A stretch of DNA of 43,089 nt from UHGV virus genome UHGV-0203456. One strand, given 5' to 3'. The position numbers were made by a program, and so were the translations under genes. The notes under the pieces were generated by a model. That model made no database searches and had not been told where the DNA came from. It was given only the letters and a program-made list of their open reading frames with translations. The DNA is from a virus. This document shows, one piece after another, positions 8,962 to 19,533 of the stretch. Numbering within the stretch: the stretch's first letter is position 1; each line of letters begins with the position of its first letter.

Positions 8962-9039
8962 CTTAATTTTTCTGTCTAGTTAATTGTAGCCTATCCAGTC
9001 CTTATCTAAAGTCTATAACTAAACACACCCTTTTTTTGC

Positions 9040-9420
9040 TCAAACTTCTAACCAACCTAATTGTCGTGCTAATTCCTCTAAGAATTCACTATCCCTCCTT
9101 TTAATCGTTGATAAACTTAAATAAGTTTCATAGGCCACAATTTCATTCTTTTTACGTGGATAGCCATTTTTATACTTAGAAATAAAAATATCACGTACAT
9201 CCGATGTTGCATCTGATAAAACCTCTTCAACTGTATTTAAAAAAAACTTATGAAAAACTATTTGGTTCAAACTTATTTTTTCATTTGACTTTTCTTCAAA
9301 GTATAAAGAAAAAGAAGATTGGGGGTAAACTAATGCATCTTCATACTTTTTTAATTGTTTTTCTATTTTTTTATAATCACATAATAATTGACGAATATGT
9401 TTTTTTATTTCTGATTTCAT
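9040..9420 (-). CDS. hypothetical protein downstream of endolysin
   Basis: 126-aa ORF with good coding texture and no recognisable motifs. Confidence 0.45.
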   Translation of the reverse strand: MKSEIKKHIRQLLCDYKKIEKQLKKYEDALVYPQSSFSLYFEEKSNEKISLNQIVFHKFFLNTVEEVLSDATSDVRDIFISKYKNGYPRKKNEIVAYETYLSLSTIKRRDSEFLEELARQLGWLEV

Positions 9421-9432
9421 ACTGCCACTCTC

Positions 9433-10692
9433 CTAATAAATTAATGTTTGCCCTGGATAAATTAAGTTAAGATTAGTTAACCTGTTTCGCTGTGCTAAAG
9501 CTTGGTATGTCGTACCAAGTTTGGCTGCAATACTTGATAAATTATCACCGTATTGAACCGTGTAAACGTTGCTTACTGCTGATCCATTTACTTTCAAAAA
9601 TTGTCCAGGGTAAATAAGGTTTGGATTAGCCAATTCATTTAACGAAGCTAAAGTTTGATAATCAGTACCGTATTGGTAAGCAATGCTCGATAATGTATCG
9701 CCATATTGAACCACATGTGTTGCTTCTGGTTGTTTATCAGGAACAGTTGTTGAATCTGGCAATAGTTCAATATCGCCTTTACTAATCCACGATAAGATGC
9801 CTTCTAGCAACACTCTGCTTCCAGTTACTTCTTGCACTTTATAGCTGTTTCCTTTTACCCAATCTGGAATAGCTTCACCAGTTGCCCAAGCATCAACATT
9901 AAATTTCACTTTGACGGTATCACCGACTTCAACTGCAGAAGTAGGTGTTTTATCTGCTTCTTTACCTTCCTCAATAGCTGGTGTGTCCGTTTCTGGTTTG
10001 TCAGTAGCCGTATAACCATTATCAGTGATACCTGTTAAGTCTACGTTACCATCTAACCCACCAGCAATATAAGTAGATGTAAACTGCCAAATTGCAATAC
10101 CATCCATACTTGGAAAATAGTTATACAATGGACTTGGTGTTACCTCATAACTAGGATATGCAGCAATCCATAAAGAGTTAGGAAATTCTTTAATAATTCG
10201 CTGATAATCTACATATTGCAATGTAAAAGGTTTGTATGAATAATACATTGGCGTGTACCCTGCTTGTTTAATTCGGCGCATGCCATATAGGATTGTTTCC
10301 GTATTGGCGTTTACATCAGGACTAGCTCCATGTTCAAAATCTAATGCAACAATGGAATTTTTAGGCGTTTGGATACGTGGCAAGAAATAATCCATTGTTG
10401 TTTTAGCAATGTCCATGCTACCGAACGTATCGTACCAGATATAAGTGTGCGCTCGTTTTCCTTGAGCAATGGCACTTGCTACTTGCGTTTTATAGGTATA
10501 CTGCTCGTAAATACCACTAGCATTGTAGCCGCCAATTTGAGCAATAGCGAATTTATCATGAGCATAACCAAAACGACCTTGTTCACCTTGATAAATGGCC
10601 CAATCAACACCTTGATCGCCTTTGGTAGCAAATACATTTAAAGGCATAAAAAATAGAGCGATTAACGCTCCGACTAAAATTTTCTTTTTCAA
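9433..10692 (-). CDS. endolysin: Sec-type signal peptide + GH25 muramidase + two C-terminal LysM domains
   Basis: N-terminus [24 protein letters not shown]25 motifs (GIAIWQFTS). Two LysM repeats ([13 protein letters not shown]..., [13 protein letters not shown]...). Confidence 0.85.
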   Translation of the reverse strand: MKKKILVGALIALFFMPLNVFATKGDQGVDWAIYQGEQGRFGYAHDKFAIAQIGGYNASGIYEQYTYKTQVASAIAQGKRAHTYIWYDTFGSMDIAKTTMDYFLPRIQTPKNSIVALDFEHGASPDVNANTETILYGMRRIKQAGYTPMYYSYKPFTLQYVDYQRIIKEFPNSLWIAAYPSYEVTPSPLYNYFPSMDGIAIWQFTSTYIAGGLDGNVDLTGITDNGYTATDKPETDTPAIEEGKEADKTPTSAVEVGDTVKVKFNVDAWATGEAIPDWVKGNSYKVQEVTGSRVLLEGILSWISKGDIELLPDSTTVPDKQPEATHVVQYGDTLSSIAYQYGTDYQTLASLNELANPNLIYPGQFLKVNGSAVSNVYTVQYGDNLSSIAAKLGTTYQALAQRNRLTNLNLIYPGQTLIY

Positions 10693-10697
10693 TTCGT

Positions 10698-10901
10698 TTA
10701 CTCCTTGTCTTTTAAATTATATGCTGACACACCTGTTACTACTCCTAAAAAAGTTGCAATGGCATTGATAGTTAAAACAGCCATATCTGTTTGCTGCCAT
10801 CCATAACCTTTGCCTAACGTTGCTACTAAAACAGATATGGCTGGAAGTACAGTAAGTACTCCCCATTTGATAATTTTGTAGTACTTATCTGGTAGAATCA
10901 T
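10698..10901 (-). CDS. holin (small 2-TM protein)
   Basis: 67 aa with two hydrophobic helices and a charged C-terminus (NLKDKE), immediately upstream of the endolysin. Confidence 0.65.
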   Translation of the reverse strand: MILPDKYYKIIKWGVLTVLPAISVLVATLGKGYGWQQTDMAVLTINAIATFLGVVTGVSAYNLKDKE

Positions 10902-11125
10902 TTTTTTGCTCCTTTCAATTCTATTATGTCATGTTCCGCTTCTTGCATTCGACCTTCTAATTTAAAAGTTCTTTCAATTACACCATTATGTTTTTCTACT
11001 TTTTTTTCTAACTGTTCTATTCTGTAAGCTGTCAAATTGGCACTAGCTACCACGCCAATAAACGCACCAAATGTACTGCCTACTAACCCTATTACAGCAA
11101 CAACTATTTCATTTGACAAAATCAT
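10898..11125 (-). CDS. XhlA-like membrane protein (holin-associated)
   Basis: N-terminal TM helix plus a C-terminal coiled coil (RIEQLEKKVEKHNG...), as in XhlA/hemolysin-like lysis accessory proteins. Confidence 0.55.
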   Translation of the reverse strand: MILSNEIVVAVIGLVGSTFGAFIGVVASANLTAYRIEQLEKKVEKHNGVIERTFKLEGRMQEAEHDIIELKGAKK

Positions 11126-11198
11126 TCCTCCAATTTAAAAACCGCTTAGCTTTTTGCTAAACGGTTATTTCATTTAAATAAATTTATAAAAATCATTA

Positions 11199-12962
11199 TC
11201 ACGTTAAGTATCTTAAAAATCCTCTCAAATATAAAACCGTATATGAAGATTGATTAGAATTACTTTGAAATGCAATAGTATCGCCAGCTTTTACATCAAA
11301 TACATCTGTCAAACCAGCAGCGTGTAATCCTCCTGTACCTTGATTACTCCTGTTCATAACTGCATTACTCTTTGTAAGCTCAATATTACACCAACCTGCT
11401 GGAGCATTGGTTGTATAGCTAGTAACAACACTAATTATTCCATCTTTTAATACTTTAATTTTATTCGCTGATAACTCAAAAAATTCATTATTAGTGATGA
11501 CCTTTTGAGAAATAGGAATGACCTTAATTCCTGTACCACTGATTGATACTGTATTAGGGGCAGAAAAAGCTATTACTTTTTCAGAAATAACAGTTTGTCC
11601 AGCGATTTTCGGAGGATTCATAAAATCTTTTGTTCCTGCTATTTCTTGGTCTCCAGTTTGAGTCACCGCTTGCCCTTTAATAGCATCTGCAACATTTTTA
11701 GGGCTCATATATTTGGTCGTTGATGTTCCAGCAGATGCTTCGCTATCAGTAGCAAATCCATAATTTTTAACATTGCCCAAGCCAACTTGACTTGCTGTCA
11801 CTTTATGTGGATTGTCTTGACTTTCCGTATGCTCCTTTAGTTGTTCCTCTCTTACAAAGCCACTTTTTGCTAATACATCTTGCGCATTAATACTAATTTC
11901 TAATTGAATAGCTGAATAGTCAACATCCAGATTAGCAGTTGTCACTCCATTTGATGGATCTGTATAGCTAATTAGATAGATAAAACCCTCGCTAGTAATG
12001 AAATTTTTATCAGTGACTTGAACTGATAAATCTTTGTATTCGCCAGCATTTTCTTGAATTTGAGTGGTCCACGAGTCAGTTGACTCAATATAAGTGGAAA
12101 CTTTAATTGTTTTGTTGTTAGGTGTAGTGGCTTTAACACGTTCACTAATAGTAAAAGCGACAAAACTATCTTTTAATAAAACCACCGCTTCTTCTTGACT
12201 TAATCCTTCAAAATTTTGAGGAATTAATTTTTTTGCAGCTTCTAAAGCATTGAACACTCCTAACTGTTGTGGTATAACTCCGCTTTGCGTCGAACCACTA
12301 CTCACTCCAGAATCATCACGGCTTACTAATTTGTTGTAATCAGATTGAGAAACTTCATTCCATGTATCTTTTGGTTTTTTTAGTACTTTAGCTGTTACAT
12401 CTGTAAAATATTGATTTGCATTTGTTGCTGTATTACCCGCTGTTTTTCCAGTGAAATCCATAGGTACTTTTACGTTTGTTGTTCCAGAAAGTAACGATAC
12501 TCCTTCTGATTTTGTCATGCGGTCATTAAAGTCAACTTGTAATCGAGTAGCTAATGTTGATTGTGTTACCCCTTGTGTATCTGTTCTCGCTTGTACGATT
12601 TCAGGATTACTGTCACCAGCTTCTCCAACAAGTTTTTCAAAGTCATTACGCAAAGCATCAAATTCTTGTTTATTGTTGTTTGCTGTAGATACCGCTTGAT
12701 TTGAAGTATTAATAGCCGTTTGAGAATTAGTTAAAGCTTGGTTTGCTGTTTCATTAGCTTGATTACCTGCTTGTTCTGCAATTTGTACAGCTTCTTTTCC
12801 GGCGTCGTCAGCAATTTTTTTGGCATCATTAATTCCTTCTGTCAACCGACTTTGATAATCATTTATTTTTTCAACAGCAGTATTAGATTGATCCAAAATT
12901 GCATTAATTTTAATTCGACCTTGATTCAGCGTGTCGGTTTCTTTAATTTGCTCGATAGCCAT
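11199..12962 (-). CDS. tail fibre / receptor-binding protein with N-terminal coiled-coil shaft
   Basis: Start is MAIEQIKE at 12962 after AGGAGTG. The ORF track extension to 13016 is spurious. Long Q/N/A-rich coiled coil followed by a beta-rich C-terminal domain, in the last position of the tail module. Confidence 0.6.
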   Translation of the reverse strand: MAIEQIKETDTLNQGRIKINAILDQSNTAVEKINDYQSRLTEGINDAKKIADDAGKEAVQIAEQAGNQANETANQALTNSQTAINTSNQAVSTANNNKQEFDALRNDFEKLVGEAGDSNPEIVQARTDTQGVTQSTLATRLQVDFNDRMTKSEGVSLLSGTTNVKVPMDFTGKTAGNTATNANQYFTDVTAKVLKKPKDTWNEVSQSDYNKLVSRDDSGVSSGSTQSGVIPQQLGVFNALEAAKKLIPQNFEGLSQEEAVVLLKDSFVAFTISERVKATTPNNKTIKVSTYIESTDSWTTQIQENAGEYKDLSVQVTDKNFITSEGFIYLISYTDPSNGVTTANLDVDYSAIQLEISINAQDVLAKSGFVREEQLKEHTESQDNPHKVTASQVGLGNVKNYGFATDSEASAGTSTTKYMSPKNVADAIKGQAVTQTGDQEIAGTKDFMNPPKIAGQTVISEKVIAFSAPNTVSISGTGIKVIPISQKVITNNEFFELSANKIKVLKDGIISVVTSYTTNAPAGWCNIELTKSNAVMNRSNQGTGGLHAAGLTDVFDVKAGDTIAFQSNSNQSSYTVLYLRGFLRYLT

Positions 12963-12972
12963 TTTCTCACTC

Positions 12973-13146
12973 CTACTCTGCATTAATATATTCAATTGTA
13001 GCTTTTTGTAAAACACGATTTCCTATTTTGATGAATGGCGAACTATTATCAATCAGTTCTGCAAAATAATCATCTAATGTTTTACCTGATTCATCATTGA
13101 TTATAAATTCTTCTTGTTTGCTAATTAGTTTTACTGTTAATCTCAT
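12973..13146 (-). CDS. small protein (57 aa) between Tal and fibre
   Basis: ATG at 13146 directly follows the Tal stop, and its own stop lies 10 nt before the fibre start. Not in the ORF track because it is under 60 aa. Confidence 0.3.
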   Translation of the reverse strand: MRLTVKLISKQEEFIINDESGKTLDDYFAELIDNSSPFIKIGNRVLQKATIEYINAE

Positions 13147-15165
13147 TTAAAATTGTCCTCCTAGTTGTGATTGTATAAAAACACGACAAATAACTTGCGC
13201 TTCGATTCGTGCAAGTTTGTTAGGTATTATCTTGATTGTATGATTACCTCTAGAGATTTTACCTCCACTAGTTTTCCTAAGATAATTAACAATGTTTAAT
13301 CTTTGTTGGCTAGTATCGTGTACTGGAATGGTGGTACCATCTACAACTATATCAACACTAGTTGCGCTACTTGGTGCCTCATAAATCCCCCATTCTAATG
13401 GATGGCTATGATCAGGTAAAGTAATTTGGTGTGTATGTGCCGGTATTCTTACTTGGTGGCTATGGTTAGGAACCGATATGCTGTGAGTATGGTTTGGTAT
13501 AGAAATATTAAAATTGTGACTATGGTTAGGTGTATTCACTGTATGGGAATGTGCCGGTGTAGTCACGTTATGAGTATGATTACCTGAGCTCGTCTTTGTG
13601 TACCAATCTGTTGATGCAGTCGACATCAGTCTAAATCTCATACCTGACCCCGCATCCATTTCTCGATAAAATGCACTTGATTCAGTGCTACCATTATTAG
13701 ATGCAACAAGGTGATTATGATCTCCACCTGCTGAACTTGTTTGTGAACTTTGACCATTTACAGAACTAGATTGAATACTGCCTCCCCCGCCACCTGTAGT
13801 GGATCCACTAGAATAACCTCCGCCAGCTGAACTTGAAACGACACTTCCGCCACCAGCCGAGCTCGTTTGCGTTGAAGCTCCTCCAGCTGAAGTACTTTTA
13901 ACCGTAGCTCCGCCTCCTTTTACGGCTTTTGTGTAGCCACGATATCTCTTTGTTTTGAAAGTAAGTTCTACAGTATTTACATGAAATACATCATCATCTA
14001 AGAAGAATTCAATTTCTGCTGGGTATGCCTTTTCGCAGTTATCCTGATAACTATAGTTCAAAATATTCGTTGCACCTTGCGAGTATGTCTCATTTATTTC
14101 CTGTTTACGTTTCAAATCAGACATTGTTGTAGTAAAATCGTCAGATAAATTACCAAGCTCTAGCTGAATATCTTGTGGGGAGCCGAAAACATCCTGTTTT
14201 GTCTCTTTTTTAATGCGCAAGTTTATGCTTCCAAAGTCATCTGTGTTAATCATAATTACAGTTCCTTGTCTTAACTTATCAATGCTTAAAGGTTCATCTG
14301 TTAATTTCAATAAATCAGCCGCAGTCACATCCCAAGAAATTTTAGGTTGTGCCCATTTTTTTAACATGTTGATTGCATTGTCTTTTAAAGCTTGTGGAAC
14401 TGTGAATCGTTGGTCCACCCATACATATTCAACTAAACCATGTTCTTTTATAGACTTTGCATCTTCTACATAAGGAATATTTTTATTCACTGATTTTATA
14501 TTTATCTGGTTAACCCCTTCACCAGCCCCCAAAGGATAAACTCGATTAACTAAATTATTGGGGTCTCTTTCAATCTCAAAACCTTGCATGTTATATCCTT
14601 CTTGAATACGAGCAATAGGTTCTTTTGGCGGCTTCACTAAAGATAATTCGAATGGATAAACTTTGGTATTCCACTGCCACATGTAGTCTTCATCAAATGC
14701 TTGAGGGATACTAAACAAGGCATCAGCAAGACCATTTTCATTTTCCCATGCATAACTAAAATATCGAGTGAATTCACATTTTTTTAAAACCCAGTGCTTT
14801 GTCCTTTGTTTATTCAAAAGATAGTTAATAACATCAATTGTTTTTCGATTAACTAGTTCATGATAACCAAAAAGAACTGTGTCTAGTAAAGTACAGAGGG
14901 CTTCATTTGCCGTGTACGTGATCGAATTGTTACTAGCATCTTTGCGAACAGTTGAAGGCATAACCCGGTATAACCCTATATATTCATTCTCATTATCTGT
15001 TAGTTCAACCCATAACATTTCTTGCAAAAATTCATTTTTAGGATCATCCAACGGCATTGAAAATTCTAGATTACCTATTTGGTTTTCAATTTTTTCATAT
15101 CCAACATTATAAGCGTTATCTAAAACTGCCGTATATTCTCTTTTTAAATCCATTGCCATCAACAT
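13147..15165 (-). CDS. tail tip protein (Tal-like, prophage-tail endopeptidase family N-terminal domain) with Gly/Ser linker and C-terminal HxH repeat needle
   Basis: Position after Dit. N-terminal region typical of siphovirus Tal. Low-complexity GGS linker. Eight HxH motifs with 9-11 aa periodicity at the C-terminus. Confidence 0.65.
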   Translation of the reverse strand: MLMAMDLKREYTAVLDNAYNVGYEKIENQIGNLEFSMPLDDPKNEFLQEMLWVELTDNENEYIGLYRVMPSTVRKDASNNSITYTANEALCTLLDTVLFGYHELVNRKTIDVINYLLNKQRTKHWVLKKCEFTRYFSYAWENENGLADALFSIPQAFDEDYMWQWNTKVYPFELSLVKPPKEPIARIQEGYNMQGFEIERDPNNLVNRVYPLGAGEGVNQINIKSVNKNIPYVEDAKSIKEHGLVEYVWVDQRFTVPQALKDNAINMLKKWAQPKISWDVTAADLLKLTDEPLSIDKLRQGTVIMINTDDFGSINLRIKKETKQDVFGSPQDIQLELGNLSDDFTTTMSDLKRKQEINETYSQGATNILNYSYQDNCEKAYPAEIEFFLDDDVFHVNTVELTFKTKRYRGYTKAVKGGGATVKSTSAGGASTQTSSAGGGSVVSSSAGGGYSSGSTTGGGGGSIQSSSVNGQSSQTSSAGGDHNHLVASNNGSTESSAFYREMDAGSGMRFRLMSTASTDWYTKTSSGNHTHNVTTPAHSHTVNTPNHSHNFNISIPNHTHSISVPNHSHQVRIPAHTHQITLPDHSHPLEWGIYEAPSSATSVDIVVDGTTIPVHDTSQQRLNIVNYLRKTSGGKISRGNHTIKIIPNKLARIEAQVICRVFIQSQLGGQF

Positions 15166-15181
15166 ATTTTAGCAACACCTC

Positions 15182-16111
15182 CTATAAGAAACGATTTGGA
15201 TATCGAATAGTTAGATTAAAAGTACTATCTTTCGCTTGGATGTATAGTGGCTCATTTGGATAAATATAAAAATCGTTCATAGGGCGAATCATTGGCTTCC
15301 CATTTTTCGTAATATTAAACTGTTCTGTATCGATTACTATTTCTGACTTATCAAAATCACCAATATCAATAGTGTCGCTTCTAGTTTTTATCCACACGCC
15401 TCTACCAGTGCCTTTTATAGTAATAATCGGTTTTACTTTTAACCCTTCGACAGTTGGATATATTTCAATTGGTTTCACTTCTTGACCGTTATCTCCCATT
15501 AAATAGGAACGATTTTGAAAAGTAATCATGGTAGAACCCCAATAAGCCCCACCTTCGATAACAATAGGTAAGTCAACAGCCCCTGATCCAGTATTACCCA
15601 TAAGATAGTTAGCCTGAAACGTTATTTCTGTTGAACCCCACATAACACTAGTAGCATCGCTTCGAGTGTATTTATATGGATTGTTCAACAAAATTGTAAA
15701 TGTACCAACGACTCGATTCAATCCCTCAGGAACTGCATCAATGTCTGATTTACTACCCGACCAAAGCATTTCTGGTTCATCATTAAACCAAATCTGTACA
15801 TCTTTTTCTGTAAACAAAGCAACGTTTAGTCTGTTAAAAGAATCCCTAAACGCTTCGTTAGAGTTAGCCTCAACTTTGAATTTAACTGTTAATTCTCTTT
15901 CCGGAATACGAGCATAAACATGTCGCATTCCATCACGAATTCCCAACTGGTAGCTTTGTATCTCAGTAGGAGCTAACTCTCTTCCAACAACAGATAATGT
16001 TCTATAACCTGGAACTAAATCTTCTAAAAAGGAACCATTAAAATTCATGGCTTCGGAAGGCAAAGAGGCTTTTGTTTGTTGTTCATTTACATCAATAAAG
16101 TTGTATAACAT
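15182..16111 (-). CDS. distal tail protein (Dit-like)
   Basis: 309-aa protein directly downstream of the tape measure protein. Beta-rich. Confidence 0.6.
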   Translation of the reverse strand: MLYNFIDVNEQQTKASLPSEAMNFNGSFLEDLVPGYRTLSVVGRELAPTEIQSYQLGIRDGMRHVYARIPERELTVKFKVEANSNEAFRDSFNRLNVALFTEKDVQIWFNDEPEMLWSGSKSDIDAVPEGLNRVVGTFTILLNNPYKYTRSDATSVMWGSTEITFQANYLMGNTGSGAVDLPIVIEGGAYWGSTMITFQNRSYLMGDNGQEVKPIEIYPTVEGLKVKPIITIKGTGRGVWIKTRSDTIDIGDFDKSEIVIDTEQFNITKNGKPMIRPMNDFYIYPNEPLYIQAKDSTFNLTIRYPNRFL

Positions 16112-16125
16112 TTAGCGCCTCCTTC

Positions 16126-19100
16126 CTAAAGAAACATTTTTTTATCTTGTTGATTCTGTAATTCTTTACTCATTGGTTTAGCAATAACCCTTGCAACCTC
16201 TGTACTATCTAAAATAACAGGTACCTCCACAGTGAATTTTGAAGATACATCTCCAGAAAACGCTAAACTTTGTGTTCCGCCACTAAATGACAGATTTGAA
16301 TTTAAATTATCCAGCGCGGGCATGCCTACTTTTTTACTTAGTCGTTGCATAGATTTTTCTACAAAGTTTGAATATTTATCAATACCAACCGCTACTCCTG
16401 CTGGAATCATTTTACCTACTTCGTCACGCATTACACGTGATGGAGAATGAATATCCATAGCGCTTTTCATTGTACTTACAATTTGATCTGCCACACCTCT
16501 TGCTGCAGCTAAAGCACTATTAGCATTGGCGTTAATACCATTAGTCAATCCATCAATTGCATTTGCTCCGATAGAATTCATTTCTGATGGCAATTTATCC
16601 ATTGCAGAAATTATTTTATCAACAATAGACTCAACAGCTCTTACTGGATTCGTTGCGTTTTGTTCGATACCGTTTGATAATCCAGAATCAACATCTTCAC
16701 CAATTGAATGAAATACACGAGAAGGAGAGTGAGAATCTAAACCTTTTCTGGCGCCAGAAACCACATCATCGATCATTTGATTAGACGTTTTCACAGGAAT
16801 TCCTTTGCCGTCATCAACACCTTTTTCTAATCCTTGAGGAATTGACTTACCAATACCTCTGAAATCAGCTTTTTGGACTTCGCCTTTCATGTCTTCCCCG
16901 ACTTTAGGAACAATTCCTTTGGTCATTTCTTCAACCGATGTACGCCCGTTCTCAATGCCTGCTTTAAAGTCATCAGTTACACTTAGACCCACACTTTTAA
17001 AATCTGTATTCTTAATTTGAGTCATCAAAGTTTCTTTTTGAGTTGGTATAAGAGCTTGAATTTCATCGTTCAAACCATTTTTGCCTAATTGATAACCTTC
17101 TTTCATTGCATTCATGGAAGTTTCACCAGTATTACGATAGACATCATTTAAGCGTTGCAATTGTTCGTCTGAAGAATTTACTAATTCTGCCGCTTGAGCA
17201 GCACCTTCTGGACCCATTTTTCTTAGTTGCTCTAAAAGACCTTCGTCTACCCCTCGCTGTGCTAACGTAGCAATGTTAGTACTCCATTGACTAACAGCTT
17301 CTTGATTTTTTTGTAAATTTTCAGCCATTTGATCAACTGAAATAGCTTGTTTTTGTTGGATAACATCAAAGGCACTCCCTACTTTTTCTTCAAGCGATGA
17401 ATATTCTGAACGCATTGCATCCATTGTTTCTTTCGTCTTTCCACTTAAAGCATTGTATGAAACTGTTTGATTTAACACACCATTTTCTACAGCTTGGCTT
17501 GCACGCTGCATTGATTGTTCATGGGCATTAGCTGTATTTATAATTTCATTCGTTAATTCCTGTTGAACGCCCTTTAACACTTGCTCTTGCTCGCCCAACT
17601 TTTCAATATTTTCACGAGCTTCTTTTGTATTCCCGCCAGATTCTTTTAATGTCTGATTCCATTTTTCTCTAGCAGCATTGATTTCCATCAGCTTCGCTTC
17701 ATTATCATTTCGTTCTTTTAACATTTGATTAATGTTTTCTTGAGCTTGAGAAGCTTCATCTAAAGCATTATAGGCATCAACTTGTTGTTGAATTGTTCCA
17801 GGCATTTCAGATAAAATATTTTTTTGATCGTCATAAACTAAGTTTAAACCTGTCATTTTACCGTTCAATTCCTCAACAATTTCCACCATACGTTTTTTCT
17901 CGCTGTTGCTTAATTTTTCTTTAGCAGAGAGCATTTCCATTTCAGAAATCATAGATTGGAATTTTTCTTTAGTATTATCCAATTCAATAGCTTCATCTTT
18001 TCGTGATTGGGTATGTTCTTGATTCTTTTTAATCAAGTCATCTGTGGTTTTCATAAGGTTTTCTTGTTCTTTTTTAACTGCCTTAGTTGATTCAGTTTCC
18101 TTATCTAACCATTTCCACAAGTTTACCCCTACAGCTACTAGTCCTCCTATTGCAGCTGTTACCCAACCAATAGGGCCCATCAACAATTTCATAGCGGTAC
18201 TAAAAACAGTTGTAGCTACTGTAGCTAAACTAATTGTTCCCGTCAAAATACCAACGATTGTATTTTGCGCCACTAAAAGACCAGTTTTTATTGCTATTGC
18301 TGCAGAATTGGCTTTATCGGCTGCCAAGTTTAACATCCATGCTCTTCCGAGTGCTGTGGTAGACAACGTAGCCAGTTTTGATATTCCATTGTATAAACTT
18401 ATTGCGGTTGTATAAGCTTTGATTGCCAATTCAGATTGTTTTATATAGCCTGTCACTTGCTGAATTACTTTCAACGCTGTAAAGGTGGCAGCAAAACTGG
18501 CAATTGTTGGTAGTAATGGTGTTAAAGCTGTACCTATCGACGTAATAGCTTTTCCGAATAGTTTCATCAATGGGATAGTTGATTGAATCGCTGCATCAAT
18601 TGCCTTAAAAGTTATATTCACTACATTTTTTAAAGAGTCTAAGTTTTCGGCAATATTTTTTCCTGTCACTGCTTTGGATAATTCATCAAACGATTTAATA
18701 ACTGTAGTTACACCTTTAACGGTGGCTGTTTTAATGTTTGCCCATGATGTTTTGATACCTTTTGAGTTTTTCTTTGCTAGGTCCGCAAAACCACCTACGC
18801 CTTTGTCCAACTCAATCAAACGATTATTGAACTCATTAAATGTAATATCTCCTTCTTTTAAGGCATCATATAATTGGTTAACTGAGTTTACACCTTGTTC
18901 TTTGAAAGACTTAGCAACTTTATCCATAGCTATTGGCATTGTTTCTTGTAAAGTTCGCCAAGACTGCATATCAACTTCACCCTTACCGAGCATTTGAATA
19001 TATTGTTGCATACCACGAGTCGCATCAGCAGTTGAAGCTCCAGAAGCAAGAAAGGCATCATTTAATGCAATAGCTGTGTCAGTCCCTTTACTCAAGCTAC

Positions 19101-19518
19101 CAGTTGAAATCGATAGTTGTTGCGTACTAGACACAATTTCATCGAGGGATGTTGGTAATCCATCAATCCCATCAGATAGTTTATTCATGGACCGATCAAC
19201 ATCTTCTGTTGAGTAACCTAGAGCCTTCATAACTACAGGATACTTATTCAACGTATCAAATCGGTTAATAGCTCCTTCAACAGAATCCTTAACCATATTT
19301 ACGGCCGTAGATACTAATTTTACTGCACCCACACCTGCTCCAATACTAAGAATTGACTTGCCTAATTGATTACCTTTAGTGGTACTTTTATCCAATCCAT
19401 CCCCTAGTTCACCAGATTGCTTGTTTACACCAGCCATTGAACGTTCAGCGCTACTCATCGTGCTACTAAACGTTCTATCAGTGGCAGTAAGTATTGCTTC
19501 GACTGAATATGATTCCAT
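16126..19518 (-). CDS. tail tape measure protein
   Basis: 1130 aa with a long alpha-helical/coiled-coil region and a central hydrophobic segment. Canonical position after the G/T chaperones. Confidence 0.9.
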   Translation of the reverse strand: MESYSVEAILTATDRTFSSTMSSAERSMAGVNKQSGELGDGLDKSTTKGNQLGKSILSIGAGVGAVKLVSTAVNMVKDSVEGAINRFDTLNKYPVVMKALGYSTEDVDRSMNKLSDGIDGLPTSLDEIVSSTQQLSISTGSLSKGTDTAIALNDAFLASGASTADATRGMQQYIQMLGKGEVDMQSWRTLQETMPIAMDKVAKSFKEQGVNSVNQLYDALKEGDITFNEFNNRLIELDKGVGGFADLAKKNSKGIKTSWANIKTATVKGVTTVIKSFDELSKAVTGKNIAENLDSLKNVVNITFKAIDAAIQSTIPLMKLFGKAITSIGTALTPLLPTIASFAATFTALKVIQQVTGYIKQSELAIKAYTTAISLYNGISKLATLSTTALGRAWMLNLAADKANSAAIAIKTGLLVAQNTIVGILTGTISLATVATTVFSTAMKLLMGPIGWVTAAIGGLVAVGVNLWKWLDKETESTKAVKKEQENLMKTTDDLIKKNQEHTQSRKDEAIELDNTKEKFQSMISEMEMLSAKEKLSNSEKKRMVEIVEELNGKMTGLNLVYDDQKNILSEMPGTIQQQVDAYNALDEASQAQENINQMLKERNDNEAKLMEINAAREKWNQTLKESGGNTKEARENIEKLGEQEQVLKGVQQELTNEIINTANAHEQSMQRASQAVENGVLNQTVSYNALSGKTKETMDAMRSEYSSLEEKVGSAFDVIQQKQAISVDQMAENLQKNQEAVSQWSTNIATLAQRGVDEGLLEQLRKMGPEGAAQAAELVNSSDEQLQRLNDVYRNTGETSMNAMKEGYQLGKNGLNDEIQALIPTQKETLMTQIKNTDFKSVGLSVTDDFKAGIENGRTSVEEMTKGIVPKVGEDMKGEVQKADFRGIGKSIPQGLEKGVDDGKGIPVKTSNQMIDDVVSGARKGLDSHSPSRVFHSIGEDVDSGLSNGIEQNATNPVRAVESIVDKIISAMDKLPSEMNSIGANAIDGLTNGINANANSALAAARGVADQIVSTMKSAMDIHSPSRVMRDEVGKMIPAGVAVGIDKYSNFVEKSMQRLSKKVGMPALDNLNSNLSFSGGTQSLAFSGDVSSKFTVEVPVILDSTEVARVIAKPMSKELQNQQDKKMFL

Positions 19519-19533
19519 TATTTTCCTCCTTTC

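Larger units (their letters stand above)
7690..9035 (-). mobile_element. IS3-family insertion sequence (orfA + orfB with programmed -1 frameshift); ends approximate
   Basis: OrfA is an HTH/leucine-zipper protein and OrfB a DDE transposase. Their overlap contains TTTAAAG. The element interrupts the region between the lysis cassette and the M23 hydrolase. Exact inverted repeats were not resolved by eye. Confidence 0.65.

Noticed and set aside
12451-12986. Plus-strand ORFs (82 aa each) inside the tail fibre gene, and similar plus-strand ORFs inside the tape measure, Tal, Dit, major capsid, scaffold and terminase genes
   Set aside because: All are antisense to long minus-strand genes with consistent codon usage. 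They are typical frame shadows in AT-rich DNA.
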